Shown here: positions 34,966-45,049 of the stretch, in pieces
Layout: every line of letters begins with the position of its first letter
Position numbering within the stretch: the first letter of the stretch is position 1
Assembly (NCBI GenBank): GCA_964369545.1
Contig: CAYJFA010000004.1
Location: forward strand, 63,618 to 127,617
Direction of reading: 5' to 3'
Source of the DNA: an uncultured Holosporaceae bacterium
Lineage (GTDB): Bacteria; Pseudomonadota; Alphaproteobacteria; UBA3830
DNA: 64,000 nucleotides
The notes under the pieces: model-generated
Told to the model about the DNA's origin: nothing
Database searches by the model: none
The model's input: only the letters and a program-made list of their open reading frames with translations
Translations under genes and position numbers: made by a program

Positions 34966-35844
34966 ATGAATAAAATCGAAGTTGTTCCTTATGATCCCAG
35001 TTGGTCAGAAATGTTCGAAGCAGAAAAAAATGTTGCTTTGAAGGCATTAGGTGGAAATTGCGAGGCGATTTATCATATCGGGTCAACGTCTGTTCCAGGG
35101 CTTATAGCTAAACCGAAAATTGATATTATAGCAGTAGTTAAAGATAGGAAAAGAGCAATATATGATCTGGAGAAAGCAGGATATTTACACAAAGGAGAGT
35201 GGAATATTCCTTTAAAGTGTGGTTTTACTAAACGCGGTATTAGAGAAGTAAATCTCCATGTGTTTTTCGATAAAAATCATCCAGAAATTGAGCTGAATCT
35301 TAAATTTCGAGATTTTTTGAGAAGCAATTCTGATGTTCGTGATGAATACGCCGCAATCAAAGCACAAATTTTGCAGGATGAAGCATCTCAGCAAAAAGCC
35401 GGAAAAGTGTCGATTCCCATTTATACGATTCGAAAAAGAAAATTCATCGATGGCATTATTCAAAAAATCGGATTTAACTGTCTACGGATTTTGAAAAGTA
35501 CAACAGATGAAGAATGGGCTTCTGTGAAAAACTTCCGTCAGAAATATTTTTTCGATGATCAAAAAATTCAAGATCCATATACTTGGACTTTTAACCACAA
35601 AGATCACGAACATTTTATTTTATATCGAGGTGTAGAGATTATCGGATATGCTCATATTCAGCTTTGGCCTGAATCAAGAACGGCACTACGTATTATCGTA
35701 CTTATAGAAAAAAATCGGAATTTTGGATATGGTTCACAGTTTTTATCTATTATCGAAAAATGGATGAAAGTTCATGAATATAAAAGCCTTCATGTTGAAT
35801 CGTCGAAAGAAGTATTGAATTTTACAAAAAACATGGATACATAG
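34966..35844 (+). CDS. GrpB-domain / GNAT acetyltransferase fusion protein, with its 3-prime end displaced by a 1-nt frameshift
   Basis: The GrpB N-domain is VVPYDPSWSEMFEAEKN...IYHIGSTSVPGLIAKPKIDII. The GNAT core is IIGYAHIQLW...NRNFGYGSQFL. The expected GNAT C-terminus FYKKHGYIEMPYND... continues in another frame to TGA at 35916-35918. Confidence 0.7.
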   Translation: MNKIEVVPYDPSWSEMFEAEKNVALKALGGNCEAIYHIGSTSVPGLIAKPKIDIIAVVKDRKRAIYDLEKAGYLHKGEWNIPLKCGFTKRGIREVNLHVFFDKNHPEIELNLKFRDFLRSNSDVRDEYAAIKAQILQDEASQQKAGKVSIPIYTIRKRKFIDGIIQKIGFNCLRILKSTTDEEWASVKNFRQKYFFDDQKIQDPYTWTFNHKDHEHFILYRGVEIIGYAHIQLWPESRTALRIIVLIEKNRNFGYGSQFLSIIEKWMKVHEYKSLHVESSKEVLNFTKNMDT

Positions 35845-36018
35845 AAATGCCATATAATGATCCAGATAGGTACCCAATGGATCCAGAAGGTATAGAAATT
35901 GGGAAAATATTATGCTGAACCTTCGATTATCTTGCGAATCATAAATATCTCATTCCAATGCTTGGACAATGGCGTTTGGAAGAATGCAGAAATTTTCTGC
36001 GATTTTAGGAGGCACCAC

Positions 36019-36363
36019 ATGAAATTTCCATTTGATAATGCAGTTTTGAAAAATGCTTTCGGAATAGATATAGTAGAATATTCCACAGATAATAGTATGT
36101 TTCCGCTTGATTGTGCGATTTCTAAATTTCGTGATGGAAAATATCCTTGGAAAATCAATCATAATTTTCATGAGATGTTTTTCGTTTTAGATGGCACGTG
36201 TTTCATTGAATTCGAAGATGAATTGGTGCACCTAAAAAAGCAGGATGTTTATATCATTGAACCAGGAAGAAAGCATTGTAGTAGAGCAAAATATGCAGAT
36301 ATTTTAATCTCATGCACTCCGCCGTTCGATATTAAAAATGTAGAATTTATAGAATATTTATAG
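36019..36363 (+). CDS. Cupin-domain protein
   Basis: HNFHEMFFVLDGTCFIEFEDELVHLKKQDVYIIEPGRKH fits the two-motif cupin pattern. ATG at 36019, preceded by AGGAGG, is preferred over the TTG at 35899 in the ORF track. Confidence 0.6.
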   Translation: MKFPFDNAVLKNAFGIDIVEYSTDNSMFPLDCAISKFRDGKYPWKINHNFHEMFFVLDGTCFIEFEDELVHLKKQDVYIIEPGRKHCSRAKYADILISCTPPFDIKNVEFIEYL

Positions 36364-36496
36364 AATAATGTGTTTGTGAGCAAATGCATGAATTCTTTTT
36401 TGTAATCTAAATAATAAGTCCATATATTTGTGTACTATCAATATTTACTCATAATAATATGGTATAATTTTTTGTTAATAAATTCGGTCGTATATC

Positions 36497-37207
36497 ATGG
36501 AATGGCGTGACAACAGTATTGTTTTATCCGTAAAACCATTTTCGGAAAATTCCAGAATTGTAATAATTTTTAATGCGACAGTTGGAAAAACATCTGGTCT
36601 TGTTCGTGGCACAAAAAGTTCGATTCAAATTGGAGATATAAATGATGTTATTTGGAGAGGGCGCACATCTGAGCATCTAGGTTCATTTTCAATGGAAAAT
36701 GTTTTCTCTTCATTTCAATACACATTTAATAATCCAGAAAAAATTTTTGCTATAGAAAGCGCCTGCACATTGTGCGTAAATTGTATGCCTGATCGCGTTA
36801 CACATCCAAAATTATTTGAATCGATGAAATCACTTTTACTATCTACCACACAAAAACATTTCAACGAATGGATTATGGACTATGTTTGGTTTGAGATGTG
36901 CTTGTTATCGGAAATTGGAATGGGACTGGATCTGGGAAAATGTGCAGTAACTGGCAGAAGTGAAGGTCTTTGCTATGTATCTCCGAAAACCGGATGTGCT
37001 GTTACAAACGAAGCAGCTGGACAATACAAAGAAAGGTTGTTCCCTTTGCCGAAAATTATGATAACAGAGGATAAATCGTATACTAAACAGGATGTTTTTT
37101 ATGCTTTAGATATTACTGGACATTTTTTAAACATGTATTTTTATGGTATAAACGGAAAGGCGCTGCCGTTGTCCAGAAGTTATATGCTGGATGCAATATG
37201 TGGATAA
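36497..37207 (+). CDS. recO: DNA repair protein RecO
   Basis: 236 aa. The OB-fold N-terminus is MEWRDNSIVLSVKPFSENSRIVIIFNATVGKTSGLVRG. The C-terminal region carries CAVTG...CYVSP. Confidence 0.8.
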   Translation: MEWRDNSIVLSVKPFSENSRIVIIFNATVGKTSGLVRGTKSSIQIGDINDVIWRGRTSEHLGSFSMENVFSSFQYTFNNPEKIFAIESACTLCVNCMPDRVTHPKLFESMKSLLLSTTQKHFNEWIMDYVWFEMCLLSEIGMGLDLGKCAVTGRSEGLCYVSPKTGCAVTNEAAGQYKERLFPLPKIMITEDKSYTKQDVFYALDITGHFLNMYFYGINGKALPLSRSYMLDAICG

Positions 37208-37240
37208 AAAACTATAATATAAAGTTGAAATGGATTTGAT

Positions 37241-38422
37241 ATGAAAATTAGCACATTAATTGATGAAAAAGAGAAGCGTGTTGCGATAGTTCCAGAGACA
37301 GTAAAAAAATACATTAAATTAGGAATTGACGTTGTATTGCCAAAAAATTCCGGAATAAGCGCTGGTTTCAGTGATGAGGAATATATCACCGCGGGAGCGA
37401 AAGTTGAAAATAAATCTTTTATCAATAATGCTGATATTTATGTATGTGTTAAGCCATCTTTTTCTACAACAAAAAAAATAAATTTAAAGCCAGGTTCTCG
37501 TTTGATTGCTATTTTATCTCCATTTCAAAATAAAACAATTTTAGAAAAGATGAAATCTGAAGGAATTTATTTGCATGCGTTAGAATTAATTCCTCGAATT
37601 ACTAGAGCACAATCGATGGATGTTCTTTCTTCTCAAGCGAATATAGTTGGATATCGTGCTGTTTTAGAAACTTTGGCGGTTTATGGTCGTGTTGTTCCTT
37701 TAATGATGACGGCTGCTGGCACTATTCGTCCAGCAAAGGTTTTGATTATTGGAGCTGGAGTTGCTGGATTGCAAGCAATTGCTACAGCAAAAAGAATGGG
37801 AGCCGTGGTTTCCGCGTTTGACGTTCGGGGTGCTGCAAAAGAGCAGGTGGAAAGTCTTGGTGCAACGTTCATATCTGTTGAAAGCTCCGACAGCGGCGAG
37901 GCGACAGGCGGATATGCAAGAGAGATGAGTGATGAATATAAAAAGTTTCAGGCGGAAAAGCTATCTCAGGCTATTGCAAAATCTGATATCGTAATTACTA
38001 CTGCGCAAATTCCTGGGAAGCCAGCACCGATGTTAATAACAAAGGAAATGACTGAGTCCATGTCACATGGATCCGTAATTGTGGATATTGCTACCGATAC
38101 AGGCGGAAATTGTGAATTGTCCAAAAAAGATAAAGTTGTGGAATTAGAAAATGTTACCATCATAGGTGACTCTAATCTTGCCGCAAAAGTTTCTTATGAT
38201 TCCAGTCAACTTTTTGCAAGAAATGTTTTTAATTTTATAGAATTGATGATAAAAGACGGAAAAATTGATACATCTGACGAAATAGTTCAGGCCACGATTG
38301 TTGGATTTTCTGCAGAAAAAAAGGCATCAAAAACAAAGAATTTAATTTCTGATCATAAAATTGCTGATACAGAAAAGGAGGCTGGATCCAAAAGTATCTG
38401 CAGAAAAAAAGGCGAAAGCTGA
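37241..38422 (+). CDS. pntA: NAD(P) transhydrogenase alpha subunit part 1 (PntAA; alanine-dehydrogenase-like dI domain)
   Basis: EKRVAIVPETVKKYIKLG..., the Rossmann motif VLIIGAGVAGLQAIATAKRMGAVVSAFDVR, and PGKPAPMLIT. Confidence 0.85.
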   Translation: MKISTLIDEKEKRVAIVPETVKKYIKLGIDVVLPKNSGISAGFSDEEYITAGAKVENKSFINNADIYVCVKPSFSTTKKINLKPGSRLIAILSPFQNKTILEKMKSEGIYLHALELIPRITRAQSMDVLSSQANIVGYRAVLETLAVYGRVVPLMMTAAGTIRPAKVLIIGAGVAGLQAIATAKRMGAVVSAFDVRGAAKEQVESLGATFISVESSDSGEATGGYAREMSDEYKKFQAEKLSQAIAKSDIVITTAQIPGKPAPMLITKEMTESMSHGSVIVDIATDTGGNCELSKKDKVVELENVTIIGDSNLAAKVSYDSSQLFARNVFNFIELMIKDGKIDTSDEIVQATIVGFSAEKKASKTKNLISDHKIADTEKEAGSKSICRKKGES

Positions 38423-39735
38423 TGAATAATATTGCGCATGATCTTATTAGAAATGCTAAGAATTTGGGTGCGGATCATGTTGATATAATGTTATCTGAGA
38501 CCAAAACACTTACAGCAAGCACGCGATTTGCAAAAGTTGAAAAGGTTATTAAGGCAAACGTAATGTCAGCTGATGTCAGAGTGTTTTGTGGAAAATGCAG
38601 TGCATGTGTTTCGACTAATAATATTGAAGATCTGAAAAACTCTTCTTTCATTGAAAAAGTTATTTCTTCCGCAAAAAATTCTCCTGAAGAATTAATGAAA
38701 TCGCGCCCAGAATTTCATGAATTGTGCAAAAATTTTAAGAAAATGGATATTTGTGATAATTCCGTTATTACTCCTGAGCCACTTACAGAAGCGGCACAAA
38801 AGTGCGAAAGTATCGCATTGCAAGTAAGGGGTATAACTAATTCAGAGGGAGCAGAGGCGGCACATGCTTATGCGAAAACTACTTTTATAAGAGATGATGG
38901 ATTTTTTGGAGAATATGAAAAAACCAGCAATGTGCTTTCTGTCGTGACATTGGCAGAAAAAAATGGATGTCTTGAACGAGGATATGCATTTTCTGAGGCA
39001 GTATATTACGATGACCTCAAAGATATTGAAGCAATCGCAAAAGAAGCGGCGAATAAAACCATCAAAAAACTTGGTGCACGAAAAGTTCCATCTTGTAAAG
39101 CGCGTGTCGTTTTCGAGAAAAATGTATCCCGGCAATTGCTAAAAAGCATTTTGGATGCGATTAATGGAGCGATAATAGCAAAGGGTATTAGTTTTTTAAA
39201 AGACAAATTATCAAAGAAAATTTTTAGTGATAGTATTAATATTACTGATCGTTATGCTATCAATCGCGGATTAAGATCTCGGCCATTTGATGCGGATGGT
39301 TTGGAATGCATGGATAACAATATCTTGAATAATGGAGTGTTAAGTTCTTTTCTATTAAATACAAAGTTTGCTAATAAATTAGGCATGAAATCTACCAGAA
39401 ACGCGTATGGATTAGATGCGATTGTTCCGAACAATATATGTATAGAAAATGGAACAGAATCATTTGAAGATCTTATAAAAAATATAAAATCAGGCCTATA
39501 TGTTACGGAGGTTTTAGGGAATGGTTTGAACATTGTTACAGGAAATTACAGCCAAGGTGCGTCTGGATTTTGGATAGAAAATGGAGAAATTGCGTATCCT
39601 GTTAATGAAATTACGATAGCTGGAAATTTTTTAGATATGTTCGCTAATTGCAGTGTCGCTTCTGATTTAGAACAGGAAACGGGAGTTGATGCTCCGACTA
39701 TTTTTGTAGAAGAAATGATTGTAGGTGGAATGTAG
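38422..39735 (+). CDS. pmbA: PmbA/TldE-family metalloprotease
   Basis: 437 aa in the TldD/PmbA family, with the conserved C-terminal GLYVTEVLGNG.N..TG.YS.GASGFWIENGEI.YPV.E.TIAGN. Confidence 0.85.
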   Translation: MNNIAHDLIRNAKNLGADHVDIMLSETKTLTASTRFAKVEKVIKANVMSADVRVFCGKCSACVSTNNIEDLKNSSFIEKVISSAKNSPEELMKSRPEFHELCKNFKKMDICDNSVITPEPLTEAAQKCESIALQVRGITNSEGAEAAHAYAKTTFIRDDGFFGEYEKTSNVLSVVTLAEKNGCLERGYAFSEAVYYDDLKDIEAIAKEAANKTIKKLGARKVPSCKARVVFEKNVSRQLLKSILDAINGAIIAKGISFLKDKLSKKIFSDSINITDRYAINRGLRSRPFDADGLECMDNNILNNGVLSSFLLNTKFANKLGMKSTRNAYGLDAIVPNNICIENGTESFEDLIKNIKSGLYVTEVLGNGLNIVTGNYSQGASGFWIENGEIAYPVNEITIAGNFLDMFANCSVASDLEQETGVDAPTIFVEEMIVGGM

Positions 39736-41024
39736 TGATGAAAATCTTTGGTATACAGTGTTTTAGGAGATGTTTTTTTCTGTTTTTTATTGTGATATGC
39801 ATTGTGAATGATTGCGGTGCAGCAAGAAAATCAAAAATTTCACCTAAAAAAACATCTCACTTTATAAAAGAAAAGCAAACTGAAAAAATTCCTACCGCAA
39901 AGCAAGAAATTTTGATGGATTTTGATACAAGTGAAGTTTTACATTCAAAAGATTCAGAAATTAAATGCTTTCCTTCTTCTATGACTAAAGTAATGACGGC
40001 ATATATGGTTTTTGCAGCATTAAAAGATGGAAGACTGCGATTGGATGACGAGCTTCCTGTTAGTGAAAATGCGCAGCATCAAGAAGGTTCCAGAAGTTTT
40101 TTCAGAGCAGGTACTTTAGCAAAAGTGGAAGATCTGATTCGAAGTGTTATAGTTCACTCGGGGAACGATGCCTGTGTTGTACTGGCAGAAAAGTTATCTG
40201 GAGATGAAGATGCTTTTGTAAAAGAAATGAATGAAAAAGCAACAGAATTTGGACTAAAAAATACTCATTTTACAAATTCAACAGGATTCCCAGATGAAGA
40301 ACATTATTCATGTTTGTATGATATTGCAATTATTGCAAAACGTATTATTCAAGATTTTCCAGAGTATTATCACTATTTTTCAGAGAAAACTTTTACTGTA
40401 AATGATATCACTCAGCATAATCGTAATACGTTATTGGGAAACTCTTTAAATGTTGATGGTTTGAAAACTGGAAAAGCGGTTGATCCTTTGAAGAGTGGAG
40501 CAAGTCCAGGAGGTTTCGGCATTGTAATTTCAGCTAAAAAGAATGGAAAAAGATTGATAGCGGTAGTCAATGGCTGCAAATCTAGTAAAGCCAGAACGCA
40601 GGAAGTGAATAAAATATTAGCTATGGGATTCAATGAAATTATTCCAATAAAAATATCTGATAAAGAAAAGCCGATTGGTACAGTGTCTGTTGTTTATGGG
40701 AAAAGAAATAAGGTAAATTTATATTCTAAAGAGGACATCATTATTCCAATTCCTAAAAAACATAAAAATACACTTGTTGTAGAGCTAGATGTAAAGGAAC
40801 CAATAGAAGCTCCCGTTATTCTTGGAGTTAAGCTTGGAAAAATGAGATATAAATATGGAAATTATGTATCTCGAGATTATGATTTATTTGCCTCTGAACC
40901 AGTTGCTAGAATGAATATATTTGAAAGATGCATTTTCTTTATTAAAGAGTTGTTTGCTGGAAATGTGGCGAACTCTAAATTAAATAAGAGTGTAGAAACT
41001 CCAATAGGAATAGGTATAAGATAG
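39735..41024 (+). CDS. D-alanyl-D-alanine carboxypeptidase (PBP5/6 class, S11)
   Basis: It has a signal peptide, SxxK (PSSMTKVMT), SxN (HSGND), a KTG-like motif (LKTGKA) and a PBP5 C-terminal domain. Confidence 0.8.
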   Translation: MMKIFGIQCFRRCFFLFFIVICIVNDCGAARKSKISPKKTSHFIKEKQTEKIPTAKQEILMDFDTSEVLHSKDSEIKCFPSSMTKVMTAYMVFAALKDGRLRLDDELPVSENAQHQEGSRSFFRAGTLAKVEDLIRSVIVHSGNDACVVLAEKLSGDEDAFVKEMNEKATEFGLKNTHFTNSTGFPDEEHYSCLYDIAIIAKRIIQDFPEYYHYFSEKTFTVNDITQHNRNTLLGNSLNVDGLKTGKAVDPLKSGASPGGFGIVISAKKNGKRLIAVVNGCKSSKARTQEVNKILAMGFNEIIPIKISDKEKPIGTVSVVYGKRNKVNLYSKEDIIIPIPKKHKNTLVVELDVKEPIEAPVILGVKLGKMRYKYGNYVSRDYDLFASEPVARMNIFERCIFFIKELFAGNVANSKLNKSVETPIGIGIR

Positions 41025-41040
41025 AAAAAATTATTTCTCT

Positions 41041-41667
41041 ATGATAAAAGGAAAATTTATAACATTTGAAGGAGGGGACGGAGTTGGCAAAACAACTCAA
41101 GTACGTCTTTTATCTGAAAAACTTATTGAAACAGGATATAAGGTTCATGTTACCAGAGAACCAGGCGGAGAAGAAGTTGGAGAAAAAATCCGCAATATTT
41201 TAAAATCGTCTTCGATTTTGTCTATGGATCCATTGTGTGAAACATTATTACTTTTTGCCGCTCGTAGAAATCATTTTGTTAAAATCATATCTCCATTGCT
41301 TGATCAGGGATATATTGTAATATGCGATAGATTTTACGATTCGTCGTTGGTATATCAAGGGTTATTCAAACATGTTTCATTCGAAGATATAATGACATTA
41401 AAGCAAATGGTCATAGGAGATTGGGAGCCTGATTTAACTATTATACTTGATATAAGTCCGGAGTTTTCCATACAAAGATTATCTGTTCGCAATTTAATTC
41501 GCGATGAGTATGATTCGATGACTCAGGAAAAACATAAGTTAATCCGAGAAGGATTTCAGAAAATTGCAGATATTTTTCCTTTTAGATCTGTTTTAATTAA
41601 TGCCAATGGATCTGAGAAAACTGTTTTTTCAAGAATTATTCGCTCTATTGAAAAGATTTTAATATAA
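41041..41667 (+). CDS. tmk: Thymidylate kinase
   Basis: GKFITFEGGDGVGKTTQ P-loop, TREPGG, and DRF/YDSSLVYQG. Confidence 0.9.
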   Translation: MIKGKFITFEGGDGVGKTTQVRLLSEKLIETGYKVHVTREPGGEEVGEKIRNILKSSSILSMDPLCETLLLFAARRNHFVKIISPLLDQGYIVICDRFYDSSLVYQGLFKHVSFEDIMTLKQMVIGDWEPDLTIILDISPEFSIQRLSVRNLIRDEYDSMTQEKHKLIREGFQKIADIFPFRSVLINANGSEKTVFSRIIRSIEKILI

Positions 41668-41707
41668 TATTTATATCATATAATAAAATAGAATACGGAG
41701 AGTATTT

Positions 41708-42496
41708 TTGATACATAATAATGAGAGTTCAATTTATTCAAAAGATGATTTTGTGTATTTGCGTAAATCAGGTGAATTGGCGGCATATATTCTTGATTAC
41801 ATTACTTCTTTTGTGAAAGAAGGAGTAACAACCATTCAGCTAGATAAATTGTGTCATGATGAAATTATTAAGCATGGAGCGATTCCTGCACCTCTTGGGT
41901 ATAATGGCTACACAAAATCAATATGTACATCGTTAAATCATGTTGTGTGTCATGGAATTCCTTCTGAGAGAAAATTATCTAATGGAGATATTTTAAATAT
42001 AGACGTGACCGTTATTTTAAATGGCTGGTACGGCGATACAAGTAGGATGTATGTAATTGGAAAACCAACACAAAAAGCACGGGAGCTTATTGATGTTACC
42101 TATGAAGCTATGATGCTTGCCATCAGATTAGTGAAACCGGGAATATTTTTGGGTGATATTGGACATGCTATTCAAAGCTTTGTTGAGGCAAAAAAGTTTT
42201 CTGTAGTAAGAGATTATTGTGGTCATGGTATTGGGCGTGTTTTTCATGATGATCCGGCTGTTTTGCATTTTGGAAAACCTGAAACGGGAATACGGTTGGT
42301 TCCGGGGCATGTTTTTACAATTGAACCAATGATAAATGTTGGTGGATATAAAACAAAACTTTTATCGGATGGATGGACTGCTATCACTGCTGATCGTTCT
42401 TTATCTGCTCAATTTGAACACACTATTGGAGTCACAGAAGAAGGTTGTGAGATTTTCACAGCATCAAAATCAGAAATGCATAAAACTGCCATATGA
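41708..42496 (+). CDS. map: Type I methionine aminopeptidase
   Basis: CHGIPS, DILNIDVT...GWYGDTSRMY, GHGIGRVFHD, FTIEPM and QFEHTI are metal-ligand motifs. The start is a TTG. Confidence 0.9.
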   Translation: MIHNNESSIYSKDDFVYLRKSGELAAYILDYITSFVKEGVTTIQLDKLCHDEIIKHGAIPAPLGYNGYTKSICTSLNHVVCHGIPSERKLSNGDILNIDVTVILNGWYGDTSRMYVIGKPTQKARELIDVTYEAMMLAIRLVKPGIFLGDIGHAIQSFVEAKKFSVVRDYCGHGIGRVFHDDPAVLHFGKPETGIRLVPGHVFTIEPMINVGGYKTKLLSDGWTAITADRSLSAQFEHTIGVTEEGCEIFTASKSEMHKTAI

Positions 42497-43179
42497 AATC
42501 AAACAATAGAAAACCTCATTACTTAGGAGATAGAGAACGGCTTAGAAAAAAATTCTTATCCAATAAAGATTGTATATTGGATTATGAGCTGCTAGAGCTT
42601 TTATTATTTTATGTGTTTTCCAGAAAGGATACAAAAGAGATTGCTAAAAATCTTTTAAATCATTTTAAATCCATACGTAATACAATTTTTGCTAATTTCG
42701 CTGATTTAAATAAACTTGAAAATGTTGGCAAATCAGCAGCGATCTTATTATGTCTTATAAAAGAAATACTACTTAGAATGGATAAAGAAGAAATTGAGGA
42801 ATCTAGTATAATTGCATCCAGTGAACATGTAATTAATTATTATAAGAACATGTTTTGGGATAAAAAACAGGAACAATTGCGCGTAATGTTTTTAAATAAT
42901 AAAAACAAATTATTGACCGATGAATTATTGCAAATTGGGACAGTCAATCAAACAGCGATATATCCAAGAGAAATTATTGCTAGAGCTTTAGAAGTCGGTG
43001 CGAGCGCTATAATTATGGTACATAATCATCCAAGCGGTGATCCACATCCCTCGCATCATGATGTCGTAATTACTAAGCAGCTTAAGGAAGTTGCAAAAAA
43101 ACTGGATATCATACTTCTCGACCATCTTATTATTGGGAGAAGCAAGAGTATATCGATGAAGGAGATTGGAATAATTTAG
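42493..43179 (+). CDS. radC: RadC-family JAB-domain protein
   Basis: The N-terminus is typical (GDRERLRKKF...YELLELLLF). The JAMM motif is IMVHNHPSGDPHPSHHD. Confidence 0.85.
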   Translation: MKSNNRKPHYLGDRERLRKKFLSNKDCILDYELLELLLFYVFSRKDTKEIAKNLLNHFKSIRNTIFANFADLNKLENVGKSAAILLCLIKEILLRMDKEEIEESSIIASSEHVINYYKNMFWDKKQEQLRVMFLNNKNKLLTDELLQIGTVNQTAIYPREIIARALEVGASAIIMVHNHPSGDPHPSHHDVVITKQLKEVAKKLDIILLDHLIIGRSKSISMKEIGII

Positions 43180-44378
43180 TTTTTATTTATAAGTTTTATA
43201 GCAAAAATTAGACAGTCATCAGCATTAACATCGTTTTCCGATTCTAACCAAAACTTTTTTGTTTCTATCATTACATTTTTCAATTCTTCACTAGATAATT
43301 TATATTTTGAAAGTGAGTTTGCTTTGAAGTTAAAATCGACATATTCTGAATTGCGAAAGTTTGTTAACTGATTGTTTAAATTTTTTAATTTATAAGGGAA
43401 AATTTTTTGAAAAAACATTTTAATAATTATGTAGTTTATATAGAAAATTCTGTGTTTTTTCTTTATCATTTTTAGCTTTTTCTTTATTGAAAAAATATTG
43501 TTGCTGTTATCTGTTAATTTTAATAATTTTTTGATTTTTCTTGAAAAATTATATTTTCGAATTAGTAGTTCTATAGGAATTTTTGAGAATTTCAACAACA
43601 TAGATAAGCGTTCTTCAGCAGATATATTGTCATTAATTTCCAATTTGCTGATAACTTTTAGTGGATCGTATTGTAATTCGAAAAGTTCATCCAATATAAA
43701 TCGCATAAATGGAATTATTTTATAGCTATTTGCTGTTTCGAAGATTTTTAATAATTCAGATATGATTCTTTCTGATGATAATATAAATACGTTATGTTTT
43801 AGCAAATTCATTAACTCAAGATATTTTTCATCACATTTGAATTCTCCATATTTTACAACAAATCTGAAGTATCTCAGAATTCTTAGATAATCTTCTGTCA
43901 TTCTTTCTTTTGGATTACCAATGAATTTGATGTTTTTTTTGGATATATCTACTATTCCATTGTGATAATCAAAGAGATTATTATTTTTATCCATATATAT
44001 TGCGTTAATCGTAAAATCTCTGCGATTAGAATCAATTTCGAATGACTTTGTAAACGTTACTTCAGCTTTGCGACCGAATGTTTTTACATCTTTGCGCAGT
44101 GTCGTTATTTCGTATGATTTTTTACGATAAATAATAGTTACTGTTCCGTGATTAATTCCTGAAGGAATAGTTTTTATGTTATGTGATTGAAAAATGTCGA
44201 TAATTTCAACTGGTGTCGCAGTGGTTGCAATATCGATATCAGACATTGCGATTCCAAGAAGAAAATTTCTAACTGCTCCTCCAACAATTTTTGCTTTATG
44301 ACCATGTTTTTCTATTGTAGTTAGAATAAAGAAAATATCATCCGTTATTAGAGATTTATTTTTTTTCTTTAAACCCAT
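43176..44378 (-). CDS. cca: CCA-adding enzyme / poly(A) polymerase-family tRNA nucleotidyltransferase
   Basis: GGAVRNFLLGIAMSDIDIATTATP, plus the RRDFTINA motif. The ORF track extends to 44447, but that leaves only 2 nt before the divergent xseB start, so the internal ATG at 44378 is preferred. Confidence 0.75.
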   Translation of the reverse strand: MGLKKKNKSLITDDIFFILTTIEKHGHKAKIVGGAVRNFLLGIAMSDIDIATTATPVEIIDIFQSHNIKTIPSGINHGTVTIIYRKKSYEITTLRKDVKTFGRKAEVTFTKSFEIDSNRRDFTINAIYMDKNNNLFDYHNGIVDISKKNIKFIGNPKERMTEDYLRILRYFRFVVKYGEFKCDEKYLELMNLLKHNVFILSSERIISELLKIFETANSYKIIPFMRFILDELFELQYDPLKVISKLEINDNISAEERLSMLLKFSKIPIELLIRKYNFSRKIKKLLKLTDNSNNIFSIKKKLKMIKKKHRIFYINYIIIKMFFQKIFPYKLKNLNNQLTNFRNSEYVDFNFKANSLSKYKLSSEELKNVMIETKKFWLESENDVNADDCLIFAIKLINKN

Positions 44379-44449
44379 ATTAAAACACTTTTCTTTTATG
44401 TATTCTATAACACAATTGTTTGTTTTTTGCCTAAGGATTATTAACAAAT

Positions 44450-44695
44450 ATGATACCAGATAAGAATATCAATAATATGGAATTTGAGGAAGCTTTAAAG
44501 GAGCTAGAAGATATCAGTAAAATTCTAGAGGAAGGTAAATCATCACTTAAAGAATCTGTCGCCTTATATGAGCGTGGTACTTTATTAAAAAAACATTGCG
44601 ACGGCATATTAGAATCTACGCAATTAAGAATTAATCAAATATCATCTGATAAAGATGGAAATATAGGTATAAAGGAAATATCTTCTATTGCCTAA
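44450..44695 (+). CDS. xseB: Exodeoxyribonuclease VII small subunit
   Basis: 81 aa. FEEALKELEDISKILEEGKSSLKESVALYERGTLLKKHC matches the XseB helical hairpin. Confidence 0.85.
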   Translation: MIPDKNINNMEFEEALKELEDISKILEEGKSSLKESVALYERGTLLKKHCDGILESTQLRINQISSDKDGNIGIKEISSIA

Positions 44696-44729
44696 TGTAG
44701 GCCAGCAAATAGAAAAAGTGAGGTTACAA

Positions 44730-45032
44730 ATGGATATAATTGTTATCCCGTTGCTTTTATTAATAAAATCAATAATTGGATTTACTGTATGGATTATTTT
44801 AGCAGATGTAATAATAAGTTGGTTAATAGCCATGAGTATTTTCAATACTAACAATAGATTTGTTTATTCTATAATAGATACTCTTTCTAAAATCTCTGGA
44901 TTTTTGCTGAATCCAATAAGAAGCAGACTACCGAGCAGTTTTGGTTCCATCGATATTTCTCCTGTTATTTTTATTTTGTTTGTGACGTTTATTGAGAATA
45001 TTATTAATCGTATATTAATGAAGATTTCGTAG
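44730..45032 (+). CDS. YggT-family membrane protein
   Basis: Two TM segments with the typical IILADVIISWL...N.F..I....S.P.L.P.R pattern. The ATG at 44730, preceded by GAGG, is preferred. Confidence 0.7.
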   Translation: MDIIVIPLLLLIKSIIGFTVWIILADVIISWLIAMSIFNTNNRFVYSIIDTLSKISGFLLNPIRSRLPSSFGSIDISPVIFILFVTFIENIINRILMKIS

Positions 45033-45049
45033 TTTTAGGAATTTTATTT

